A DNA stretch of 61,313 bases, filler included, from Sphacelaria rigidula (Eukaryota): the NCBI GenBank assembly GCA_964200075.2. It is 10 parts of 10 records of this genome, joined end to end, with 100 filler letters (N's around TTAATTAATTAA, not from the genome) between each part and the next. Parts side by side here need not be neighbours in the genome. Positions count along the whole stretch, not along the records: positions 30,709 to 36,749 come from CAXNAA020022623.1; positions 36,850 to 42,890 come from CAXNAA020022624.1; positions 42,991 to 49,031 come from CAXNAA020022625.1; positions 49,132 to 55,172 come from CAXNAA020022626.1; 6 more parts are not named here. One strand, 5' to 3'. Positions 36,711 through 49,685 of the stretch are shown piece by piece. The notes beneath the pieces are model-generated. The model did not search any database. It had not been told where the DNA came from and saw nothing but the letters and a program-made list of their open reading frames with translations. Positions within the stretch are counted from its first letter, which is position 1. The number at the start of each line of letters is the position of its first letter. The position numbers and the translations under genes were made by a program.

Positions 36711-36849
36711 ACAAACCAGACAGCAAACACCAACCCCCGAAACAAACAGNNNNNNNNNNNNNNNNNNNNNNNNNNNNNNNNNNNNNNNNNNNNTTAATTA
36801 ATTAANNNNNNNNNNNNNNNNNNNNNNNNNNNNNNNNNNNNNNNNNNNN

Positions 36850-36902
36850 CTTTCGAGACGGAGCACCGTTCCTACTCCTAGGGGGGGGGGGGGGGGGGGG
36901 GC
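36850..36902 (-). repeat. LINE fragment abutting a long G-run
   Basis: rc TAGGAGTAGGAACGGTGCTCCGTCTCGAAAG, preceded on the element strand by a poly(C) run. Confidence 0.7.
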
Positions 36903-37422
36903 GGTTCTCGAGCACGTCAACCAAGATCAAAAGGAAACAACACTCGCCCCAACGCCTTGCAGACCACAGTCGAGGTTTTTTTTACCCAAATCAGTAGAGT
37001 TTACGCGAGAGTTCGGCGCCAGAATATCATGGTTGAAAACATACTCGTTATTTTGCTTTTGAGTATCAACCATCGTATTCGGGTCTTAAGAAAGCTCAGA
37101 GTCCGAGGCGCTCGTCCGACGTGCACCCCGCGGGGGGCAGCACGTGTTGTTGCTCGAGCCTGGGTGAAGCCGCCTCTGTCCCCATGCAGCAGTGACCTTG
37201 AAACGCGCGAAGTAGAACTCTTTCTTTTTTCTTCTTTTCGTTTTTAGCTTCATGTCGATTCATGTTGAAAGCATGTGATGCTGCTGTGCCGTGCGAGTGG
37301 TCGAAAACGGTCCCGTGCCAACAACGTCCTTAGAAAAATTGCGGTATGTTTCTCTGCTCACGGACCACCCAAAATCCGATCTCTAAAAAATGATCGACGC
37401 TAACCCTCTTTACTTCAGTGCT

Positions 37423-37525
37423 GGGGGGTGTACTCATGATCTTGCATGCCGAAGTCGAAACACCGTTGACCTCGCATCCCTGCTAAGCCGGGACGGAGAA
37501 AGCCAAGTTTTCGCCTGACCAGGCT
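37423..37525 (-). repeat. LINE-like 3' end, subfamily B
   Basis: Colinear with 17560-17664. Confidence 0.7.
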
Positions 37526-40500
37526 TGCAGTCACCAAGCGCGAAGCGCCGTGATGTGTTCGGCGAGTCGCATGAAGGGTGAGCTGCATCCTATTGAGATT
37601 GTTCGGCCTGAAGAGTGCTGATCATCTTGCATATGGACACCGCGGGGTGGGCGGGGGGGGGGCACCGTAAGAGCATAGCCAAGTCTTACCCCACGGCCTT
37701 CTTTATGTGCTTGTCGGACCAAAAATAATGTGTAAGGGTCAATGGCGAGGCAAAAGTAGTGCAACCATTTGACTTCGAACAGCCAGTTTTGAGTACTGTG
37801 CTGGAAGTTCAAGCCGGGACTTCGATGGTCGCTCCTGTGGTTGCCGGAGCTGCTGCCATGGTGAGAGACCAACGCGTGAGGTCGAAGTGTTGGACGAAAT
37901 TACCAATGGACTGCGCTTGGCGGGGGATGACACATGTAACTAGAAGTACTATTGACACATTATGTTGTGCTTGAAACGTGAACAGCAAAAACTAGAGAAT
38001 CCTAGATGACTGATGACACTTATATAATAGTATGGTGTACGTCAAAAGGGGAAGGGAACGGAGAGAATACCGACGTGCTGTTAACTTATACGAGGAAATG
38101 CCCGAAGCATGCACATGCGTCCCAACAGCTGCTCTACATGTCGCGCAGGACATATCCATATCGATACTTTTGAAGATTTGATTTTTACTAGGGAACCCAC
38201 AACAAAAAATGCTCCCGCTTGAAAGTGGAGAGAGAAAAGACGGGGGAACAGAGGAGGAAAATCTGCTATTGAACAAAAATCGAAATTTTGGCTTTGGGTT
38301 ACTTCGATAGCAAAGAAAACACAGTGCATGCGGTTTCAGACGGCAACTAAGTGCTATGTATCATGCAGACCTGACGACAGCATCTGTGAGCAATGAGGGA
38401 GATAGCGTACAGGGGAGAGATGGGGGAGTGCATCGTCCACGATCCCCGACTTCTTAATGTCATGCGTTCCTGCGGTCATAAACAACGAGCACCCTTGAAC
38501 AGCTACGCAACCCCGCCTCCCTTCACCACAAAACCAGGTTCGACGGCTTTCACGCAGGTGAGCGGCCAGATAACGGAGCGCAAAGGGGCGGTTTTCGCAG
38601 ATACAAGTGACGGTCGCCGCGTCCCACCGGCGAAATGATCCAACTGAAAAACCATTGGGTCGGAAAATGCCGGGGTTAGATGGAACCGGCAGAGGCGTTT
38701 GGCGTCCCCCCCACCCACTCCGCGCACGAGTACACCCACTCCGCGCAAAGGGGATGATCGCACGACATAGTGTTCAAATGGTGAGACACCCATCAGGCAT
38801 ACAGACTGCAGTCGTTATACGAAACAAGACGAAAATTGACGCGAGAGGATGCCACACTGTTGACCTCTAGTCACAACTCGCCTCCATCAGCGATACAACA
38901 CCCAAGCCTTCACTGATCATGATCCCGTTGCAACGAGTTTACAAGATGATAATGTAGGAGACGGGGGAGACGGCAGCGTCGACATAGAGATGTAGGTGGT
39001 GGGTGGTGGATTGGATAACTGTGCTCAACCGTTGTAGATGCTCCCCGTGTTGCGATGCCAACCAGCGGAAGCAAACATCTATGAATACACTAGAGCGAAC
39101 GTGAAGTCATTTTTCATGGAGCAACCACGCGACGCCAGCAACGGAAAACAAATGTACCGTAATAGGGGCAAATACAGCCTGACCTCCAGGTGGGCGATAT
39201 TGGGCGATTATTAGCGAAACTTAGGTGGATTGTTCCAGCGATCAGAAGAATCGAAGTGGTCACCACATCCCTCATCAGGCCTGTTACCACACACAGAAGC
39301 TTCCTGGAAGCACGCATGGTTGATCGGAGAACCATTCTGGCGGTCGGGGAACCCGCACGCCCCCGCGTCAAAGGTATTGAAACCCTGGACTGTTGGCCGA
39401 CGAAATTGTTCCGAAATGATCATGGAGGTTTAAGGGTTACTCATAGCACACGAGCACTATTGCTCTGACCGCTGGGTAGGTACGCTCGGATAGCTGGAGT
39501 ACAGATAGCAGTAAGCAGAAGGTACACTGCATTTGTAGAAGGTATGGCACGAGTAATCCTTCAGCATATGGTACGAGCAGCGAAGATGTTTTATGGCAAT
39601 CTAATAGAGCCGGGGAGGTGCAATATCGGGGCATGTCTGGTAGGGAAGTGCGGAGGCCACAACAGCCGTGAAGAGTTGCTGCACCGTTTCGTACTACACT
39701 ATTCTTGTCTGGCATAAGTGTACAATTACCATCTGCGGTTCATCGCATCGAGATCGGAACAACGCTTTCTGAACAAGGATGCGATATGGAGTGGGGATGC
39801 AAAGCCAGCTTTCGCAATGGAACCAACGTTAGTACAGGTGTTTCAACATCATGTTTGCAAGATTACAACAGTATACCTGGGGAAGAGACACAAATTCCAA
39901 AGCTTGAAGCTACACCCCTCCCCCAAGCATGGCACTGTGCCAACACCACCATTGCATGCATTTACTGATGTCAGAACTTCTGCACTGCACCCAACTGTAC
40001 CGTTGTGCCTTGATCTGTCGTAACTGTCTGCTGCCTGTGCGTGCACTACGAGTACACGAGCTCTGGTGTTTCGTCCAGGCGGTGCACTGATTGTGGAGCG
40101 AAATGACTTGGGAGGTCTTCCTCTTAGGACTTGGAGGAAAACATATCACACCATCAAAAGCAGCAAATGCTGAGAATAAACCATGCTGCCTGTTAGTCCT
40201 GTCACAAAACAGCAGTCGCCTGCTGTCTATCACCTGCCCCAAAGTCAACTGCACAGCTCTCCACTCTCGCTCTACCCCGTGCGCTGCCCCACCATACCCG
40301 TTGTGGAGGATTTGGACAGGAGACAGGCCTTCGGACTTTTGGAAACATAGAAGAACAGGTGACACCATACTTGTACACACAATCTACAGCAAAACGGCAT
40401 ATGGATCAAGTAACATAGCACACCTTTTTTTGTCCCTTTCAAGCTTTATGACCCTCGCTGCAGCTCGCTCACTTCTCCTTGGATCAGATGCGCTGCTCAG

Positions 40501-41729
40501 CTCTCCCAGTCTCCTGTTTTCCGCCGCAGCATTTGAAATGTTCGGAGAGTCATTTCGCAGGATGGATGCCACGCGTGGTTAGTGTCATACTTACTTACTT
40601 TATGGTAAGCTCAGAGTTTTGAGATTTGCACGCGCTACTGCTACATAGCGCTGCTCCTGTCGCGGTACACTTTCATTATTCATTTACGATTCTCACGTGG
40701 AGATACTGGACATCTCGAGAGAATTGAATTCTTCCTGGAAATATGATATCTGATATATTGGACGTATAATGTGATGAGAAACATGAGCCTGCCAAGCTGC
40801 TCGTATATATAGTATCCGCCCAATGGGCGCGTAGCTTTCAATGTTGATGTCAAACCTCGTGATAATCATGGGAAAGACGGCGTGAGATCGAGGAAAATAA
40901 GTCATCCACACCACGGGTTCGTGCTTTTGCGACCAAACAATACCGTCAGCGATGGGCGCGCCCGGGCCAGCGCCAACGTATGGTGACCAACGTTTGGATA
41001 TTGCCGCTTTATATGATATGCTTGTTTTGCTATGATGAGAACGAAGAACCTCATCTGTACCAAGTCTCTACAATCATGTTCCAACACAGTTTGTTTTCGT
41101 ACACGCGCCTCAACTGCACGACAGTGCTTGTCCTACACCTCTGGATTAGTTGGCCTACCGAGCGTTTGTACAAGTTTAGAGTGAGGTGAGTATTTGATCT
41201 TTTTACTCGCCTGTCTGTCCGGTTGCGACAGGATACCGTCGAACGCACTGGTGATTCCGTAGATATCTGATTCACGGTACAAGTATTTACTTACTGCAGC
41301 TACTGCCTGTACATCTGCAAAGGGTGCGCCCGTCACCCCTCTACACACATTACACGACAGGACAGCAACAGGACATGCAGTATGATGTTTCCTGCTCAAT
41401 TGCAAAGATGACATCCAGAGAGTATGATAAGCTTTAGATCCACTATCCCCCCCCCCGCCGCCCTCCTCCCCTTTGATCTGCCACCAGTTATTTCAATCCA
41501 TGTTCTACTCTACTGAACGCTACTACTGTTGTTGTACTGACTATTCTGTTTGATTCTGACCGTACAGACAGACAGTGCTACAACACAAGAACAGTCTTTT
41601 CGAAGGCGTGACGCGCTGCAATGTGTCCTGGTGTAGGCAGTATAGGTAAGTGGGGAGCTATGAAATGATAAACCAACAGAGGACAAACACCAGTCCACAT
41701 AAGAAGCTGATGTACTGTTGTACCTACCT

Positions 41730-42062
41730 GTAGTGTCTGCACCATCATTGTTTTCAAGTAGAGCACAAGCACTTTCTCCGCACGTTGAAATTTGTCCGCC
41801 CCGTGAAATGATGCGGGATAACACCCCCAGCTAACTCCTCTCCACTGCAATGTATCAAGGATTTGAGTGCAACAGTAGATTTTCATGTCCAGACAACGAG
41901 CTAGTTTGTCTGTAGTGTTTGTGCACCATCGTCTTCAAGCGGAGCAGACAGGCTCTCTCTGCACCTAGGAGTTTGTCCGCTCCTTGGAATGACGCGGGAT
42001 AACACCCCCTTGTTCCTCCATTCCATGGCGATGTACCAAGAATTCGAGTAAAACAACAGTAC
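41730..42062 (-). repeat. Diverged tandem duplication (~181-bp period) of a probable coding module
   Basis: CYPASFHGADK (41791-41823) versus CYPASFQGADK (41972-42004). Confidence 0.7.
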
Positions 42063-42394
42063 AGTATCTCTGTATGTCTGCTTGCCCTATTTGACGCCGG
42101 TCAGACCGATCGCAATGCGCACAAATCTGTAGAAGTTAGCACTCTCGAGAGCGATTCTGGCCCGTGGATTGAGGTGTTGGACCCACAGCAGCTCTTCAGG
42201 GCAGATTTCTTGGTCTCAGGCTATGACCCCCAGAGTACAACAGGTCACGGTCCATAGGGTTATCCATTGCATAGGCATTATGTTCACTTGATGAAATAAA
42301 TCAAGACTCGGATGGTCCACCCTGGAGACTAAAGGATTACCTAAACCCGTTTGCCCTTCGACCACCAGGGTGGATCATGTAGGTCATGCACTAA

Positions 42395-42748
42395 GCCGGT
42401 CGCCCCGATCGCTCCGTTAATAACCTCGAAACCTTCTGACAGGCGGGTCGGGGGTTCGAATCTCGGAGTGGTCTGGGATTTTTCCTCATACCATACCCAA
42501 CAACCATGAAGAGCTACTATGTTGTGTGTACACACAAAGTTCGACTGAAGGGTTGACGAGGGAAAAGGACTGCTGAACCCCTCTCGCGATTAAAAATAAA
42601 GTCAAGCGCCGCAGAAGGCAAGTGGAGAACTAAAACAAGGAGAAAAAAAAACACTGTGTTGGCCACCCTCCTGTGTGACCCCGGCTGGTGCGCCCACGTA
42701 TACTGAAATTTGTAGACCGGCATCCAGCATAGATGGGGGGTGACAACA
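42395..42748 (+). mobile_element. tRNA-derived SINE
   Basis: GCCGGTCGCCCCG head and B box GGTTCGAATCTC; body matches the reverse complement of 24568-24829. Confidence 0.8.
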
Positions 42749-43516
42749 CTCGTTTCCCAAGTGAAATGATGCCGATTCAACAGATAGTCCACCCTGACGT
42801 TCAAGGGTTTTTTTTTTTCCTCACACTTTGAAACCCCTCCCCTTCCTCGGGATGAGTCCGTGGTCTCGAGGGATCAACCCATCTCTCCCCNNNNNNNNNN
42901 NNNNNNNNNNNNNNNNNNNNNNNNNNNNNNNNNNTTAATTAATTAANNNNNNNNNNNNNNNNNNNNNNNNNNNNNNNNNNNNNNNNNNNNTTTTATTGTT
43001 TCGTTTTTTTTTATCCATAATAATTTTGCTTCTTTTTTTTGGGGGGGGATGGGGGTTGAAGTGGGGGTGTTTCTTGTTTGGAAAAAAAAAAGTAGTTGGA
43101 GTTGGGTTGGGGTGGGATGGTTTGGATGATCATTTTTCATCAAATGTAAATGATGTATATTTGGGGGGAATAGGGGCTGGAGTGGCGGTGTTTCTTGTTT
43201 GGAAAACAAAAAAATGTTGGGGTTGGGTTGGGGTAGGATGGCTTGAATTTTTTCTTTCGGAAAAAAGGAACACAATATATATATATATATATATTCGGCG
43301 AGAAAACAGTGAATGAATAATGGTACTTTTTCGATAGAAAATCCGATTCTTGGATGAATATCTCGGACAATAGAATATGTATATTGCTCACTCGCGTTGA
43401 TTTTTCGTCCACTCTATGTATCTGTGCGGTCATTTCCCGCTTCACGTTGTTCCATGCGTGTGACGATTGGGGAGTCATCATTTGTACTTGTCATCGGTCA
43501 GAATGTTTGACTCTTG

Positions 43517-43769
43517 GACTAATGCCGAGATAGCCCCCCGACAAAATATACACCGGAGACTGTCCGACAAACCGGCTGCGATCCCACCATCGGGCTCGTT
43601 TGCAGCAATTTCGCCCACATGAGAGGCGTGTAGCAGTCCGAAATCATCTGTAACACCCAAATGAGTCGCGTCGTCCAGCACGAAACCAGCTGCTCTAACG
43701 GCATTTATGGTCATCGCCTCCGTGCACTTTTTTAGTCGGTTTGGGGAGGGGGCTATCTCGGCAGCAGTC
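43517..43769. mobile_element. MITE (GAC...GTC) with perfect 4-bp TSD CTTG
   Basis: TIRs GACTAATGCCGAGATAGCCCC / rc GACTGCTGCCGAGATAGCCCC; paralog of 10185-10434. Confidence 0.9.
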
Positions 43770-46076
43770 CTTGCTCTTGTCATTATTCTCACGTGCGTTT
43801 TTTCGTTCATTCTTCCTATCTGGAGGGACATTAAAATGTCCTCGCCATATTCCCCCCCCCCCCAGAAAAGTGGCTTATTATAGGAGGCAAAACCTACATG
43901 CAAATCAAAATGACAATAGCCTAGCACACTGAGCAGCTGGGAATCGATTTCGCCGACGTAGCCCATATGAGGCGCTTCATGCAGTCTGAAACCAGCGACC
44001 ATGCGTTATATGGGCATTTTGTTCGTGACAATTTTGAGGTCGGTCTATGGAAGGACTATGGCGGAATCACCCTTTCCCCCTATGAGTGCCTTGTTCCATG
44101 CGCCTCACGGGCGGAGGTGGGCTTACCCCAGTTCGTCTAACGAAATCCATGGTGAACACACTTTTGAAGTAACGCTGACCCTAACCCTTATCCTTACCCT
44201 GAACCCAGCTCCAACCATGGCATACCGAGAACCCTCGGTTACGGTGAGCGCAAAGGGTACCCTAGGCAGAGCGTGCGTTGGCAGGATTCAAACCGGCGCC
44301 TGTGACGCCGATTTGGACAAAAAAGCGTTCTGCGCGCGCCAGAGTGTCTCTTTTGGGCTGTTGTTTTTTGGGGGGGCTATCGTAGAAAGTGTCTTTGGTG
44401 ATCTTGACGGTTGACGATGAGTGGTTGCAGCCGTTGTTGAGGTAGTAGCACGTGACAGCTTGCGGGCCCATCTTCGAGCGGCGTTTGACCCTCATCATCC
44501 CAGGTTGAAGGAAGGGAAGTATCTGGAGAGGGGGGGTAAGGTTGGTGAAAACAGGCTAGGACTTGGAACTGCCATCCCCACTAAAGATCCGAATATCGAT
44601 GTTCACACTCATCTTAGGTATGGTTCAGCCATGGATTTGGATAGACGAACTTGGGTAAACTCTACTGCATAGTTGAGGAGGATCACTTTGTAGTCGTAGC
44701 TGGTCGCAGAATAGTTGACCTTTAATTGCTCTGCGGATGACTTATTTTCTCTCTTCTGTCCCCTCGTGGTGGATGTCGATTTCACTCTCTCGGCCATCTT
44801 GCGTCGAAGTTTGTCAGGTCAATCTCAATGTTGAGCGCTGTGGTCATCATATCAAATGGTAGAACATTCTATCACCGCCGTAGTCACGCCGACATCCGAC
44901 TCGGCCGCGTTACCTTGCCGAGGCACAAGACTTGAGCCTGACTTCCGTACCGAATCGCGTACTATACGGTACAACGCGTGCTGTACTGTGCGCTACAATA
45001 CTGGATTCCAGGGGTTACATGCTGAAGCGGTCGCATCGAAAAGCGGTGAAATCTAGGGAGCCGCCGGATTCAAACCGAGGGATCTGAATTTCCGATGAGC
45101 ATTCCCAATCCGGGTTGCGCACGGATAACCCGCCAATTTGGACGAGGATACGGGTGAGATATCCAGATTTGGGAGCTTCGCATTAGATCCATCGAGGACG
45201 GATCGGATTCCCTCTCAACATTGGATACAACTCTGGGACACGCTGACAGTCATTTCCCATTCTGACATTCTTCGTCGCGTTTGCACAAAAGCCGCGCTGT
45301 CCCACTTTCCGTCCGTGCACTTTCGCTTCACATATGGGTTACCCTTTGTCAGCAACCGTTTGTCGCAAGGTCCAAGTCATGCGCTGCGCTTTACCAGACA
45401 AAACTACTTATATAAAACACGTCTATTTTTGTCAATATAATAGTTCCATTTGTTCATGTGAGAAACGCTGAAATAGAAAAATAAGTAGTTTATGCCTTCA
45501 CCACTAGCAGGTTTTGCCAAGCGCATTTACGTACTAATTTCAGGTCAGAGAGTTCGCCTTTGTTTTGCGCACCGGGAGCAAGCCCCCGAGATGAGACGCT
45601 GTCCTGCAAAATACCTCACGATAATTTTCGTTCGGCTGTGCTCGAGCTGACGCACTCGATTTCCGGGAAAACCCGGCACCTAGCTATTTGATATGAGAAA
45701 GTTTCGGAAACGCGTTTTTTTTCTTTCTGTCGGCCTGTGTTTGTCAACGTATGCATATCATGAAGTTAACACTTTCGAACACTGCTATATTTTGCGCACA
45801 GCACATGCGGGACTCAACACGATGAGAAGTACTTCGAGTTTTCGGAACTTCCGAATTCATGAGAGATATTTGCGCCGACAAAAATTACGCTGACAAGAAT
45901 ATACGCGTTTCCGAAACTCTCTGTTGCAAAATTATCTCATCAGCCTAAAAAAGCTCGAAGGGCAAATACTACTGTTTTAGTTTGGTTTTCGTTTTGCTGT
46001 CCACAACATTCGAGCTTTGCCACTTGACCGGCTGGTTGGTTCATATAAACCACGATTAAAATACGGTGAACAGCTC

Positions 46077-46326
46077 GACACTTTCTAAAATATCCCTTCT
46101 TCAAAAAGTGCCTAGTTTGGGGAGGCAAAATCTCTACGTAAATTGAAATGGAGAAAGCCGAGCACAACGAGCAGCTGGGAATTCTCATGCTTGGGTTCGT
46201 TCTCGCCGATGTCGCCCACATGAGGCGCTTTATGCAGCCTGAACCCAAACATCAGGCGCTGTATGTCCATTTTTTTCGAGACATTTTTGGACTGGTTCTG
46301 GGGGAGGGGCTATCGTAGAAAGTGTC
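46077..46326. mobile_element. MITE (GAC...GTC)
   Basis: TIRs GACACTTTCTAAAATATCCC / rc GACACTTTCTACGATAGCCC; flanks GCTC/GCTT. Confidence 0.8.
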
Positions 46327-46577
46327 GCTTTCGAACAGCTTGTAATTTGTCCGTGGGATGAAGGCCCAATTATCGCACACTACTACGTCCTGATGCCCAG
46401 CAAGTTGCGCTTGCCACCACAATATCACGCCCCAATATCACGAGTGGCCGACTACAACAGATTTTTGCAGGCAGCGGGTACCGTTTATACCCCCGGAAAA
46501 CCGTTTCCTCCCTGGGTTTGCTAACGTTCACAGCACATTCCTCCTTGCGCTGTATTTATTACACGTATCTCGCTCAG

Positions 46578-47712
46578 TCAGGAACAACGACCTTTCTTGC
46601 GGGTGCGCGAGACCAGCAGGGTCACAGCTGGACGTTTGTGCCGGATTTTGTTGTGTCTACCTGGTGGCTTTACGTCCTCTTCACAATCTGCGCTCTTGCA
46701 GGAGTCCTCTGGCCACTCCCGCTCGCCGAAGACATACATCGAGAGCACGCAGAACCACTTGCGGTGAGTGGCTCTGCGCATGGTAGTTTTGGTCTGACAT
46801 CTCAGAATATGAGCTGGTGATCAAATGTATGTGCTGTGCGCGTGAAGTTCGACCGTGTTCTGCCGTTGTTGGTTGGTGTAAACGCAGCGTGAGTACGAAA
46901 TGCTGCTAGAATATTGTACATGAATACGACACTGACGATCTACATCGCTATATCGCTGCCAGAGCGAAGCTGCATCGTTGCTAGTGCCAGAGATTGCGAG
47001 AACGGCGAGAGGAGGTTTGCGTACAGTAGTTACGCCAGCTGCCGTCACACCATCACCACACTGTACAGCAGTATACACATATTACTACAGTGTAATAAAA
47101 TGATCTACAGCAGCGGTAGGTGTCAGTATATGTTTTACATAGTCAAACTCTTTCGTGCATATTTCATTATCTACACGAGGCCCTGCACAGTAGCAGTTGG
47201 GATAGTTGTATGTTAGAGTACACCTGCACTCTGATAAAATCATGCAACGAGCCACAATAGGTGATAACGAGACCGTCGACGAATAGCAGGCCCAGTTCCA
47301 CACCCGAGCAAATTCAACAGGATGCTTGTTCATTGGCCCATTATTATGCCGCTATTCCATAATTCCGCCGCAGAACGGTATCCCCCACTCATCTCAAGCT
47401 ACCTTCTGTCTTCTGTCTTTCGTATTCAAGTGCTTTTCTGAGCACCATCGTTCCATCATTCAGCGAAACAATGTCACAGATGCGCCCGACGTCGTAAGAT
47501 ACCCCGGGAATATCACCAACGGCTCGAGGCGCGCCTCGAATCCGCAGTCAAATCCATCACATCACTCGTGTGTACACGCGAAACCGGCAGCACAGAGCAT
47601 GCCAGAGGATGCGTATAAATGTCGCTGGAAAAGTAGTGAAGTGAAGCCAAGGACGAGTGGGTGCGGTTCTACGCATAAAGAGAGCAACGACCCCAAGACG
47701 CTCCGTGCATGA
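46578..47712 (+). CDS. Candidate last two exons (46578-46763, 47464-47712) of a membrane protein
   Basis: CTCAG| ... GCG|GTGAGT exon encodes hydrophobic WWLYVLFTICALAGVLW. The next TTCAG| exon is in the same phase and runs to TGA. No family recognised. Confidence 0.4.
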
Positions 47713-48559
47713 GGTATATGCTTACGCCACCTCTGATTTACTGCATTGCATAGTACAGACAGGTGGGACCGATTTTTCATGTCTGCCGATTCAATACGGA
47801 ATGATTTGCATGCTGCGGTCTACGAGGCCCCTAGAAGCATCGTTGTCCCGGGACCTCATCCTTGGAAATATCATCTCCATTTTCAGACATAGTATGGCGT
47901 ATCCCTACTACAAGTACGATATCCCCTAATCGACGACCACGCATAAGACCGCGCATCGTGAACTAAATTCGCGCGCGTTCAGGTTTGTCCTATTCATGCC
48001 GACTTCGCGACGCAACGGCAAACTGACGCAAACTCATCGGGAAATGGTGCAGAGCCGAGAACCATCGTAGAAATTGAACATCCAGACATCATACTCGTAC
48101 TCGTAGCCCAATCGGTACTGTCACTGCCACGACTTGGGGCATTCTACATTTTGTTGAGAGCCAGTGGTCTGCACGAGGGCGCCCCGTGCTGTTCTCGTTT
48201 GCAAAGTACCGTCTGATCTGTTTGTTTAGCAATGAATTGTACTCTACGTTAGGACTCCGTTGTCACAAACAGCTGGACGCAGGAACAAAGTGCTTTTGAT
48301 ACGGCCAGAAACACCGCGGTCTCGCTGCCCCTGGAGCCAGGACATCAGCACTCAAACTTGGCTTTAGTATGTGCCAACAGACTACTTGGTCTTCAGATAA
48401 ATTAGGTACTCGACTCTGGATTATGCCCCCTAAAATTACTTGGGTCAAGTATAGCCCATCAATATCACTCGAACACAGTGACAATTACTTGACTTTAGAA
48501 TGGACATGCCTCTTCACTTGGGTTTAGTATACATTCTCAATGGTGAATCGACTGTGGCA

Positions 48560-48811
48560 GAGTGATGCCGCGATAACCCCGTCCTAGAGAAGTGGTTGTT
48601 TTAAGGAGACAAAAATACACGTCGTGAATCAACGTGACAAAAGCGGAACGCACCGAGCAGCCGGGAACTCCCACGCTTTGGATCGGTTTCGCCAATGTCG
48701 CCCATATGAGGCACTTCATGTAGTCTGAAACCAGCTATTGTGCGTTGTATGATCATTTTATTGATGAAGGTTTGGGGCTGGTGTTGGGGGGGCACTATCA
48801 CGGCATTACTC
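48560..48811. mobile_element. MITE (GAG...CTC)
   Basis: TIRs GAGTGATGCCGCGATAACCCC / rc GAGTAATGCCGTGATAGTGCC; flanks GGCA/AGCA. Interior similar to 46077-46326. Confidence 0.8.
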
Positions 48812-48875
48812 AGCACAGACCAGTTATTACTTGGGCTAAGGCTGGTCAATCACGATCACTTGAATACAGTGTACT

Positions 48876-48960
48876 GCCGCGCCCCGGCTGCGTAATGGTC
48901 CGACTGTCGTCATTAGGGTGGGGAGAACGGGGGTTCGATTCCCAATGCGTTGCATTTTTT
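48876..48960 (+). repeat. tRNA-Pro(AGG)-like degenerate sequence, probably a SINE head or tRNA pseudogene
   Basis: TTAGGGTGGGAGA resembles a Pro anticodon arm; B box GGTTCGATTCCC; T-run follows. The acceptor stem is poor. Confidence 0.45.
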
Positions 48961-49310
48961 CTTCGCAATGTGTGATTTCCACCGTGGAAATCGTGAGAAC
49001 GTGAGTAAACAAAATAGTCGACTGGGTTTGTNNNNNNNNNNNNNNNNNNNNNNNNNNNNNNNNNNNNNNNNNNNNTTAATTAATTAANNNNNNNNNNNNN
49101 NNNNNNNNNNNNNNNNNNNNNNNNNNNNNNNTTTTGTGGTATCGCCACTTCCAGAGACAGCCACGGCTTATACACTGCCTCATGGGTGCTAACCAGATAA
49201 TATCAAGGGGGGACAATAAGGACCTTACAACATACCTCATGCGCATCGTGTCGAAATTTCGTGGAAAAATACTTGAAATTGAACAGCATAACCACGTTTC
49301 AGTTTTTCAT

Positions 49311-49660
49311 GGCTGGTCCATCTCCACATAGGAACCAGTCTTCGACACGAACACGCGATTTAGCAGCTCAATTTGGGGTCGTTTCTATGAAATTTTGACA
49401 GGATGTACTGAATGTATGTGCGAAGACTTCACCATCCGCCCCTTACATTTCTTCTCCGTGAGTTATCGGCGACCAAACATTTCAGAAAAAATTATTTCGG
49501 AACAAACCCGTGAATAACTCCCAAAAAAATGTAGGGGAGAGATGGTGGAGTCTTGTACATACGTCCCGTACATCATGTTGAGATTTCATGGAAAATGACC
49601 CAAAATTGAGCTGCTATCGCGCGGGTTCACATCCCTGTCCGCGTCCTGGGCGATCCAGCC
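49311..49660. mobile_element. Foldback element
   Basis: TAGCAGCTCAATTTGGGGTC (~49360) pairs with GACCCAAAATTGAGCTGCTA (~49597); the arms continue inward for about 120 bp. Confidence 0.75.
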
Positions 49661-49685
49661 TGTTCACCATACCTATAATATCCAA

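Noticed and set aside
39211..40580. Cys-rich and other minus-strand ORFs as exons
   Set aside because: Could not build a phase-consistent splice model or recognise a domain.
42395..42480. Functional tRNA gene (also 24750-24829)
   Set aside because: Cloverleaf stems are broken and the head continues into a shared repeat body, so it is a SINE.
44400..44880. Possible gag-like relic on the minus strand
   Set aside because: No diagnostic motif and multiple stops.
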